From: Candidatus Methylomirabilota bacterium
GTDB lineage: Bacteria > Verrucomicrobiota > Verrucomicrobiia > Limisphaerales > SXQI01
Direction of reading: 5' to 3'
Assembly (NCBI GenBank): GCA_035627835.1
Contig: DASPKX010000104.1
Coordinates: 14,832 to 78,831 of the forward strand
DNA: 64,000 bases
This document shows, one piece after another, positions 21,646-29,719 of the stretch; the first letter of the stretch is position 1; each line of letters begins with the position of its first letter. The notes under the pieces are model-generated. The model ran no database searches. It was not told where the DNA came from and saw only the letters and a list, made by a program, of their open reading frames with translations. The position numbers were made by a program, and so were the translations under genes.

Positions 21646-23588
21646 ACCAACTCTTCCCATTGGAGGTTCTGCGACGGGGCAGCAAGACCGCAACTCCGCG
21701 GGTTGTGCCGCTCCGAGCCGGGCCACTCGTGATGGAGTTCGAAAGCGGCGGTTTGCGGTACATCCGCTATCGTGATGTTGAGTTGATTCGGCGCGTTTAC
21801 GCAGCGGTGAGGGATAGGAACTGGGGAACGGTTCCTGCCCGTGTTGAAGAGCTGGACATTCAGGCTGTGGATCGTTGTTTCCGTGTCGCTTTTGAATCGG
21901 TTCATCAGCAGGGCGAAATTGATTTCCGTTGGCGCGGCACGATTACTGGCTCAGCCGAGGGCATTGTCGATTTCCACTTTCACGGACTCGCGCACAGCGA
22001 ATTCCTTCGGAACCGCATCGGGTTTTGTGTGCTGCATCCCGCAGATTGCGCTGGGCGATCGTGCGAAGCGTTGAAGGTGAGCGGCGAGCTCGGGACCGGA
22101 AAGTTCCCGCTTACGATTGCGCCGCATTGCCCCTTCACTGACATCAAGGCGTTCACGCATGAACCAGCTCCTGGGGTGCAGGTGAAGGTTGAGTATGAAG
22201 GGGAAATCTTCGAGATGGAGGATCAACGCAACTGGCTGGATGCCTCCTTCAAAACCTATTGCACGCCGCTGCGGCTCCCCTTTCCCGCTTTGGTGCGCCG
22301 AGGAGAGCGCGTTGAGCAGCGTGTGACGGTTCAGTTGCTCGGCAACCCGGTGGAGATGGAGGCGTCCACATCAGCAGTGCAAAAATGTGTGGTGACAATC
22401 GATCCTGCGAGAGTTCGCACGAAATTTCCAAACTTCGGATTGGGGATGGCTTCCGACGGGGAGCCGCTCACTGAAAAAGAGACGGAACTCATTGGAAAGC
22501 TGAAGCCAGCTCACTTGCGAGTCGAGCACACACCCTCTGAGGCGCGTTCAGAAGCAGCCTTGCAGCAAGCGGATCATGAAGCATTGGCGCTCGGCGCGGG
22601 GCTGGAGATCGCCTTGTTCTTGTCCGATGAGGTGGAGCACGAGCTTCAACAGGTCGCGACCACCGCGCTGAAGCTTCGCGCGCCCGTGAGACGGTGGCTG
22701 GTGTTCCATGTGCGGGAAAAGGTTCCTCCGCAAGGAGTGGTCGATTTGGCAAACGCCGAACTTCGGAGGATCTCGCCGGATGCTCGCATTGGCAGCGGCA
22801 CGAATGCGTATTTCACGGAGCTAAACCGGAGCAACTTGGACCCGGCGAAGCTCGACTTTGTTTGCTACTCGGCCAATCCGCAGGTGCATGCATTCGACGA
22901 CGCAAGCCTGATGGAAACCTTGCCGATGATCCGCGCCACCGCGGAGAGCGCATGGCAATTGAGCAAGGGCAAGCCTGTTTGCATCACTCCGGTCACACTG
23001 AAAATGCGGTTTAATCCTGATGCGACAGGAGCCGTAGAGCCCCCGCGTCCGGGCGAACTTCCAGCGCCGGTGGACGCCAGACAAATGTCACTATTCGGAG
23101 CAGCGTGGGCTGTGGGAGCGATGAAGCACGCGCTCCAGGCTCCGATCGAGAGCGTGACGTGGTTCGAAACAGTTGGCTGGCGAGGACTCATTGAGCGAGA
23201 GAAAGGCTCCCCGGAGCCAGCGCTATTCCCTTCGGCTCCTGGGGCTGTTTTTCCCGTGTTCCACGTCTTCAGGGCATTGGCTGGAGCCGAGGCGGTTCTC
23301 GAAACGAACAGTTCTGAGCCGCTGAAATTCGAAGCAGCCGCCGTGAAAGTGAATGGCAAAACGCGAACCCTGATCGCCAACTTGCGCAACGAAGCGGAAG
23401 TGGTGGAGGTCCAAGGGATTCCTTCTGAGCGGGTTCGCCTGAAAACGCTGGATGAGCGGACGGCGCTCGGCGCGATGTTTGATGTGGACACTTTCATTTC
23501 GAATGCGGGCGCTGGGCTGCAAGTCGAGGGTGGTGTCGCCCGACTACACTTGTTGCCTTACGCGGTGGCCCAACTGGATTGGGATTGA
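21642..23588 (+). CDS. Hypothetical 648-aa soluble protein (function unknown)
   Basis: ATGA overlap with the upstream membrane-protein gene. The upstream part of ORF 21255..23588 overlaps that gene and is taken as non-coding. No signal peptide or recognisable catalytic motif. Confidence 0.72.
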   Translation: MNQLFPLEVLRRGSKTATPRVVPLRAGPLVMEFESGGLRYIRYRDVELIRRVYAAVRDRNWGTVPARVEELDIQAVDRCFRVAFESVHQQGEIDFRWRGTITGSAEGIVDFHFHGLAHSEFLRNRIGFCVLHPADCAGRSCEALKVSGELGTGKFPLTIAPHCPFTDIKAFTHEPAPGVQVKVEYEGEIFEMEDQRNWLDASFKTYCTPLRLPFPALVRRGERVEQRVTVQLLGNPVEMEASTSAVQKCVVTIDPARVRTKFPNFGLGMASDGEPLTEKETELIGKLKPAHLRVEHTPSEARSEAALQQADHEALALGAGLEIALFLSDEVEHELQQVATTALKLRAPVRRWLVFHVREKVPPQGVVDLANAELRRISPDARIGSGTNAYFTELNRSNLDPAKLDFVCYSANPQVHAFDDASLMETLPMIRATAESAWQLSKGKPVCITPVTLKMRFNPDATGAVEPPRPGELPAPVDARQMSLFGAAWAVGAMKHALQAPIESVTWFETVGWRGLIEREKGSPEPALFPSAPGAVFPVFHVFRALAGAEAVLETNSSEPLKFEAAAVKVNGKTRTLIANLRNEAEVVEVQGIPSERVRLKTLDERTALGAMFDVDTFISNAGAGLQVEGGVARLHLLPYAVAQLDWD

Positions 23589-23619
23589 CGCTGCGGGGGG
23601 TGAGCGAAGACTTCCTTCG

Positions 23620-24654
23620 ATGGCGACTGAAACAAAGCTGCGGTTTGGAACCTTAGGCGCTGGGTTTTGGGCTAATTACCAACTGGCTGCATGGAGCGAG
23701 GCTGGCGGCGCTGAATGCGTTGCCATTTACAATCGCACTAGGGCCAAGGCCGAGTCGCTGGCCGGGAAATTTGGAATCCCAAGCGTCTATGACAACGCAG
23801 AGCGCCTCCTGGAAACGGAGCGCCTTGATTTTGTGGACATTATCACGGACGTGGAGACGCATCCAAAGTTCGTGCTGATGGCGATTGAGCGCGGAATTCC
23901 CGCCATTTGCCAGAAGCCGATGGCCCCCACGTTCAGCGTGGCGCAGGAGATGGTCGAAGCCAGCAGGACGCAGAAAGTTCCTTTCTTCATTCACGAGAAC
24001 TGGCGCTGGCAGCGGCCGATCCAGGAACTGAAGCAGGTTCTAACAAGCGGGATGATCGGGCAGCCCTTCCGCGCGCGCATTCGGATGGTCTCCGGCTTTA
24101 AAGTTTTCGAGAACCAGCCGTTCCTGGCTGAGCTGGAGCGATTCATTCTCACGGATATGGGAAGCCATGTCCTCGATGTGGCGCGCTTCCTTTTCGGTGA
24201 AGCCGAGTCCGTCTATTGCCAAAGCGCGAAGGTGCACGAGAGCATCAAAGGTGAGGACGTCGCCACGGTCATTATGCCAATGGGGCCGAGTCGGACGACG
24301 GTCACGGTGGAGATGGGCTACCCGGGAAATTACGCGGAGCATGATCGTTTTCCGGAAACCTACATTGTTGTCGAAGGCTCAAAAGGCACTCTCGAGCTTG
24401 GGCCGGATTATTGGATTCGGGTAACGACTGCAGAGGGCACCCATGCGAAACGAACGCCGCCTCCGCGTTATGCATGGGCGGATCCGCGCTATGACCTTGT
24501 CCACGCGAGCATCGTGCCTTGCAACGTGGATCTGCTCGCGGGCATCCGTGGTGAACGGCCAGCGCAAACCACCGGTGAAGATAACCTCAAGACGACGAGA
24601 CTTGTTTTCGCAGCCTATGACTCTGCCGAGAGAAACGCGGTTGTGCGCCTCTGA
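23620..24654 (+). CDS. Gfo/Idh/MocA-family oxidoreductase (cytoplasmic)
   Basis: MATETKLRFGTLGAGFWANYQ Rossmann N-terminus and a QKP variant of the EKP motif (ICQKPMA). Internal ATG 23620 of ORF 23452..24654. Confidence 0.88.
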   Translation: MATETKLRFGTLGAGFWANYQLAAWSEAGGAECVAIYNRTRAKAESLAGKFGIPSVYDNAERLLETERLDFVDIITDVETHPKFVLMAIERGIPAICQKPMAPTFSVAQEMVEASRTQKVPFFIHENWRWQRPIQELKQVLTSGMIGQPFRARIRMVSGFKVFENQPFLAELERFILTDMGSHVLDVARFLFGEAESVYCQSAKVHESIKGEDVATVIMPMGPSRTTVTVEMGYPGNYAEHDRFPETYIVVEGSKGTLELGPDYWIRVTTAEGTHAKRTPPPRYAWADPRYDLVHASIVPCNVDLLAGIRGERPAQTTGEDNLKTTRLVFAAYDSAERNAVVRL

Positions 24655-24663
24655 ACCAGCGGC

Positions 24664-25944
24664 TCAGACTTTTGGTTCCCAGCCCGGACGGTAATCACGC
24701 TTCCAGAGCAGTTCCGCCTCGGCATCTTCTTTGATCCGGCGATCTTTCGGATTGAAGTGAATCGTGCGGCCGGTGCGGTACGCGATGTTGCCGAGATGGC
24801 AGAGCATGACGCTTTTTTGGCCATCCTCAATCTCAGCGTTCAACTTCGTTCCATTGCGGATCGCATCCAGGAAATTCTGGATATGAATCGCTTCACCACC
24901 TGGCCCATTCTGACGGGCAACCTCTTTGCCTTTGATGTCGTAGATGACGTAGTCCGTGCCGAAGTTCACAAGGCTCCCACCCTCGCCATAAAATGCGACG
25001 AAGGGGAGCTTCTCATTCGAGCGCGGGTGGCAACTGCTGCTGTCCCAGATGCCGACAGAAGTCCCGAAGTCGTAAGTCGCGAGGATGGTGTCAGGCGTTT
25101 GTTGGTCGTCATCAAAATGATAGCGGCCTCCATTGCAGGTCACCTTCTGGGGGTATTCAACGCCGAGTCCCCAACGGATGAGGTCTAAAGCGTGGGGCCC
25201 ATTGTTGGCAAGTTCACCGCCACCCCAGTGCCAACGCCAATGCCAGTTGTAATGGACGAGGTTATCCACGTAAGGACGCTCAGGCGCGGGCCCTTGCCAG
25301 GCGCTGTAATCGAGACCCTCAGGAATTGGAGCTGGTTTGCCTCGGCCGATGGACCCGCGCTGGTTGTTGTACCAACCCCGCGCGGAAGTGACCCGTCCAA
25401 TGGCGCCGGAGCGAAGCTTTTCCATTGCTTCAATGATCGCGGGCCAACTACGACGTTGGTTACCCATCTGAACCTTGCGGTTATTTTTTCGGGCTGCCTG
25501 CACCATCATTTCTGCCTCCCATGGATTATGACTCGCGGGCTTTTCCACGTAGACATGCTTCCCCGCGGAACAGGCCAAGATGGTGGCTGGAGCGTGCCAG
25601 TGATTCGGCGCGGCGATGAACAGCGCGTCGATATCCTTGTCCTCGAGAACCTGCCGGACATCTTTGACCGCCTTGGGCGTTTTCTCCTGTTTTTCCGAGG
25701 TCGTCTTAACACCGCGCGCAAGGCGGCTGTCATCCACATCGCAAACATAGCCGACCTCAAGATTCTTGAGTGTGAGGCTGCTTCGAACATGATCGAGGCC
25801 GCGACCCAGCCCCATCACTCCAATGACGATTCTCTCACTGGGGCTTTGTGAGCGAAGGATTGCTGGCGCGCCAAACGCCGCGGCAAGAGCGGTGGCAGTG
25901 GCGGCGCGTTTGACAAAGCGGCGGCGAGTGATTGGGGCTTTCAT
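24664..25944 (-). CDS. Gfo/Idh/MocA-family oxidoreductase with a twin-arginine signal
   Basis: MKAPITRRRFVKRAATATALAAAFGAP (Tat-like), IGVMGLGRG Rossmann motif, YVEKPASHN. Confidence 0.9.
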   Translation of the reverse strand: MKAPITRRRFVKRAATATALAAAFGAPAILRSQSPSERIVIGVMGLGRGLDHVRSSLTLKNLEVGYVCDVDDSRLARGVKTTSEKQEKTPKAVKDVRQVLEDKDIDALFIAAPNHWHAPATILACSAGKHVYVEKPASHNPWEAEMMVQAARKNNRKVQMGNQRRSWPAIIEAMEKLRSGAIGRVTSARGWYNNQRGSIGRGKPAPIPEGLDYSAWQGPAPERPYVDNLVHYNWHWRWHWGGGELANNGPHALDLIRWGLGVEYPQKVTCNGGRYHFDDDQQTPDTILATYDFGTSVGIWDSSSCHPRSNEKLPFVAFYGEGGSLVNFGTDYVIYDIKGKEVARQNGPGGEAIHIQNFLDAIRNGTKLNAEIEDGQKSVMLCHLGNIAYRTGRTIHFNPKDRRIKEDAEAELLWKRDYRPGWEPKV

Positions 25945-26047
25945 AGGCTCAGCAACATTTTGGTCGCTTCAGCTCCGAGCGGTCAAACGCAAAGCGCGGG
26001 TGGCGGTGTTTACTTTCGCAACCCCATTCGGTTGACTGGCGGCGGAA

Positions 26048-26893
26048 ATGAAGATCTACGCGACGATCACGGTGATTGGCAAAGACAAGACAGGCGTTAT
26101 CGCACGTATCACGAACTATTTGTTCGAGCAAAAAGCGAACATCGAAGCCTTGGAGGAGCAGGTCACGCGTGGGCAGTTCAGCATGATCCTGCAAGCGAGC
26201 TGGGAGCAGGAGCAACTGGATCGTGCGGGGATGGAGAGCGGTTTAGAGGCCGTTGGGCAGCAGCTCGGAATGGAAACGAGCATTATGTTCACCGAACCGG
26301 GGCGGTTGCAGCGCATGGGAATCCTGGTGACAAAGGAGAGCCACTGCCTGGAAGCCATATTGCGCGCAGTGGCTCAAAAGGAGCTGGAGACTGAACCAGT
26401 TGTGGTCGTGAGCAACCGGCCCGAACTGCGCCCTTTGGCTGAGGGTGCGGGGCTGCCGTTCGAGCAGATCGAATGGGAAGATCGGACCCGCGCTGAGGAA
26501 CAGGCCATTCGGGTGCTCCAGAAGCATGGGGCGGATTTTGTGACGCTCGCCCGCTTTATGAAAATCCTGAGCCCCAACTTCGTTTGGCGGTACAAGAACA
26601 AAATCATCAACATTCATCCTTCGTTGCTCCCGAGTTTCCCTGGGCCACAGGCGTATCGTCAGGCGTACGAGCATGGCGTCAAAATCATCGGGGTGACCGC
26701 GCATTTCGTGAGCATGCACCTGGACGAAGGACCAATCATTGCGCAAAGCGCATTTGAAACGCGTCCGAATATGACTCTTCGCGAGATTGTCGCCGAAGGC
26801 CAGCGCCTGGAAGCGGCCACCCTCCTGAAGGCCATTCAGCTCTACCTGGCTAAGCGGCTGGACGTCTATTGGGGCGTGGTCAAAGAGGTTTAA
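26048..26893 (+). CDS. purU: Formyltetrahydrofolate deformylase
   Basis: N-terminal ACT domain (ITVIGKDKTGVIARITNYLFEQKANI) plus a formyltransferase domain (IINIHPSLLPSFPG, GVTAHFV). 281 aa. Confidence 0.92.
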   Translation: MKIYATITVIGKDKTGVIARITNYLFEQKANIEALEEQVTRGQFSMILQASWEQEQLDRAGMESGLEAVGQQLGMETSIMFTEPGRLQRMGILVTKESHCLEAILRAVAQKELETEPVVVVSNRPELRPLAEGAGLPFEQIEWEDRTRAEEQAIRVLQKHGADFVTLARFMKILSPNFVWRYKNKIINIHPSLLPSFPGPQAYRQAYEHGVKIIGVTAHFVSMHLDEGPIIAQSAFETRPNMTLREIVAEGQRLEAATLLKAIQLYLAKRLDVYWGVVKEV

Positions 26894-26914
26894 CCTCTGT
26901 GTCGAGGTCGGCGT

Positions 26915-26928
26915 TTGACTTAAGTCAG
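26915..26928. promoter_or_regulatory. FNR/FixK-like box TTGAC-TTAA-GTCAG upstream of the cbb3 oxidase cluster
   Basis: Matches 9 of 10 positions of TTGAY-N4-RTCAA and sits inside the perfect 12-bp palindrome TGACTTAAGTCA. About 100 bp upstream of the ccoI start. Confidence 0.35.
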
Positions 26929-27023
26929 AACGAGTACTGGTTTGTTGTAACCAGCCAAAAACGGACAGGGATGAGCAAGGAATGTAAAGCGAGGAAACGT
27001 CAGGCGGGCGACGCTTTTCCTGC

Positions 27024-29546
27024 TTGGAACGGAACTCATCAGCCGACCTCTTAGACCAACCCGCAGCCTGGAGTGACCCAGCCATTGCGGGAGACTCTTC
27101 GGCTACCGCTGAACCGGCTCGCTGCTTTCATTGCGGCACCCGTTGCCGCGGGGAGGTCTTCACACTTTTAGAGAAGTCATTCTGCTGCCAGGGCTGCAAA
27201 ACCGTTTTCGAGATCCTTTCCGAAAACGGGCTGAATGATTTTTACAGCCTGAGCGAGAACGCAGGCGTGAGGGTGAAACGAGCCACGCGCGCGGACCAGT
27301 TCTCCTATCTCGATGCCCCAGCGGTGCTGGAGCGTTTGGTGAATTTCACCAACGGCAAGCTCACGCGCATCACCTTTCACATCCCGTCCATGCACTGCAT
27401 CGCCTGTGTTTGGCTGCTGGAAAACCTCTTTCGCCTCAAGGCGGGCATTGGACAATCGCAGGTTAATTTTCCGCGCAAAGAGCTGTCGCTGAGCTTCGAG
27501 AACGAGAAGGTAAAACTCAGCGAGGTGGTTGGCCTGCTGGCGGCGCTCGGTTATGAGCCGGAACTGAAGTTTTCCGACCTGGAGAACCATGCGAAAAAGC
27601 CGGTGAATAGAAGGCTCTGGTTGCAAATGGGCATAGCTGGGTTCGCCTTCGGCAACATCATGCTGTTCAGCATCTCGGCTTACCTGGGCCTGGATAGCTT
27701 CAGCGGGCCGGGGTTCAAGAAACTGGTCGGCTACATAAGCCTGTTCCTCGCGCTACCGGTGGTGACGTATAGCGCCTGGGATTATTGGCGTTCATCCATT
27801 ATCAGCCTGAGGCAAAAGCTTCTGACGATCGATGTTCCGATCGCAGCGGGGATTCTCGCCATCTATGCGCAAAGCGCTTACGAGGTTTTGAGCGGAGTTG
27901 GTGAAGGTTACTTTGACTCTCTCTGCGGGCTGATTTTCTTCCTGCTGTGCGGGCGGTTGTTTCAACAAAAGACCTACGACCGGCTGGCGTTCGACCGTGA
28001 CTACAAATCGTTTTTCCCACTGTCCGTCACACGCATCGCCCACGGGACCGAAGAAACCGCCGCTTTGGCCCAGGTGGAAACCGGCGACCATTTGCTGGTA
28101 CGGAACGGCGAGTTGATTCCGGCTGATGCGCGCCTGGTGAGCGGCGCAGCAGTGATTGATTACAGCTTTGTGACGGGCGAATCAGAGCCGGTCGAGAAGC
28201 AAGCAGGCGATCATCTTTACGCCGGCGGCAGGCAAATGGGGGGAGCGATTGAAATTGAGACTGTGAAGGCGGTTTCACAGAGCTACCTGACTTCTCTTTG
28301 GAACCAGGAAGCTTTCCGCAAAGAGAACAGCGAGACGCTCGCGACGCTCACAAACATCTTTAGTGAGCGTTTCACCCGGATCGTCATCGCGATCGCCGCG
28401 GGAAGCGCGGTCTTTTGGTGGCCCACCAGCCCGGCTTTGGCGATCAAAGCATTCACGTCGGTCTTGATTGTCGCTTGCCCGTGCGCATTAGCGCTAGCCG
28501 CGCCCTTTACGCTCGGCACAGCGCTGCGGGCGCTCGGGAAGAGGAACATCTTTGTCAAAAGCCCCGTCGTTCTTGAGACCTTGGCGCGGGTGACTGCGGT
28601 CGTGTTCGACAAGACCGGGACGCTTACTGCGGCAGGAGCCGGCTCGATCCGTTTCGAAGGCAACGCTCTGAACGATCAGGAAAAGGGCTGGGTTTTCTCG
28701 TTGAGCAGACACTCGACGCATCCATACGCAGTCAGAATCAGTGAGGCGCTGGCGGAAGAACAATACCCGCAAGTGGTGCGCTCGTTCCTCGAAACGACCG
28801 GCTGCGGGATCGAGGCGAACATCGGATCCAATGAGATCTGGATGGGATCAGCAGCGTGGTTAGCGACGCGCAATGTTGCCGCTCCAAAAGGCGCCATGAA
28901 GGGAAGCCATGTCCACCTGGCTATTAACGGCACGTACCGTGGGTGCTTCGTGCTCGCCAGCGCTTTGCGCGAGGAAACCGAGCAACTCATTGGGTCTCTG
29001 CGAGCCAACCATCAACTCGCGCTCTTGAGCGGGGACAACGACAAGGACCGCGCCAAGTTTCAGGCTCTTTTCGGAACAGAATCTCGTCTGGCCTTCAACC
29101 AATCCCCTGTGGAGAAGCTCGCGTTCATTCGCTCCCTCCAGGGTGAAGGAAACACTGTGATGATGGTCGGCGACGGCTTGAATGACGCTGGCGCGCTTAA
29201 GCAGAGCGATGTGGGTGTGGCAGTGGTCGAGCGGATCAGCGCCTTCTCGCCCGCCAGCGATATCATTGTCGCCGCCGGTGCCGTGCCGAAGCTCGCAGCC
29301 GCCCTGAAGTTTTCAAAAGGAGCCGTGCGCATTGTGCGCGTGAGCTTCTTGATCTCCGGATTTTACAACGTGATCGGCATTGCCATAGCGGCCAGCGGCA
29401 GTTTGTCGCCCATCGTGTGCGCCATCCTTATGCCGCTGAGTTCGGTGAGCGTCGTGGGATTTGCCTGCGGGGCAACAGCATGGCTGGGTAGGCGCTCCGG
29501 GCTGGGTGAACCTTCGCAGTTCCAAAGTAAGAACAAGCAACCATGA
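27024..29546 (+). CDS. ccoI: Heavy-metal (Cu) translocating P1B-type ATPase, CcoI/FixI type
   Basis: N-terminal CFHCGTRC...CCQGC metal-binding region, HMA-like MHCIAC, CPC motif (ACPCALALA), DKTGTLT, GDGLNDAGAL. The start codon is uncertain (TTG at 27024). Confidence 0.9.
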   Translation: MERNSSADLLDQPAAWSDPAIAGDSSATAEPARCFHCGTRCRGEVFTLLEKSFCCQGCKTVFEILSENGLNDFYSLSENAGVRVKRATRADQFSYLDAPAVLERLVNFTNGKLTRITFHIPSMHCIACVWLLENLFRLKAGIGQSQVNFPRKELSLSFENEKVKLSEVVGLLAALGYEPELKFSDLENHAKKPVNRRLWLQMGIAGFAFGNIMLFSISAYLGLDSFSGPGFKKLVGYISLFLALPVVTYSAWDYWRSSIISLRQKLLTIDVPIAAGILAIYAQSAYEVLSGVGEGYFDSLCGLIFFLLCGRLFQQKTYDRLAFDRDYKSFFPLSVTRIAHGTEETAALAQVETGDHLLVRNGELIPADARLVSGAAVIDYSFVTGESEPVEKQAGDHLYAGGRQMGGAIEIETVKAVSQSYLTSLWNQEAFRKENSETLATLTNIFSERFTRIVIAIAAGSAVFWWPTSPALAIKAFTSVLIVACPCALALAAPFTLGTALRALGKRNIFVKSPVVLETLARVTAVVFDKTGTLTAAGAGSIRFEGNALNDQEKGWVFSLSRHSTHPYAVRISEALAEEQYPQVVRSFLETTGCGIEANIGSNEIWMGSAAWLATRNVAAPKGAMKGSHVHLAINGTYRGCFVLASALREETEQLIGSLRANHQLALLSGDNDKDRAKFQALFGTESRLAFNQSPVEKLAFIRSLQGEGNTVMMVGDGLNDAGALKQSDVGVAVVERISAFSPASDIIVAAGAVPKLAAALKFSKGAVRIVRVSFLISGFYNVIGIAIAASGSLSPIVCAILMPLSSVSVVGFACGATAWLGRRSGLGEPSQFQSKNKQP

Positions 29547-29719
29547 GCGTCATTTTTCTATTAATCCCGCTGAGCATCGTGCTCGCCGCCTGTTTCCTTG
29601 GGGCGTTTATCTGGGCGGTGAGGAGCGGCCAATACGAGGACACCTGCACACCATCAATGCGACTGCTGACTGAAGAAAGAGCCGTGAAGAATTTCAAAGA
29701 GAAGGCTGAGCTACCATGA
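29543..29719 (+). CDS. ccoS: cbb3-type cytochrome oxidase maturation protein CcoS/FixS
   Basis: 58-aa ORF below the ORF-track cut-off: MSVIFLLIPLSIVLAACFLGAFIWAVRSGQYEDTCTPSMRLL... ATGA overlaps with both ccoI and ccoN. Confidence 0.8.
   Translation: MSVIFLLIPLSIVLAACFLGAFIWAVRSGQYEDTCTPSMRLLTEERAVKNFKEKAELP

Noticed and set aside
26033-26041. TGACTGGCG just upstream of purU, reminiscent of the ZTP (pfl) riboswitch core, which often precedes purU and folate genes.
   Set aside because: The match ends 7 nt before the purU ATG. There is no room for the rest of the pfl fold (the GGGA/CCACCGGGG element and the 3' CCGCCTGGGC pseudoknot), and I could not find those elements nearby.
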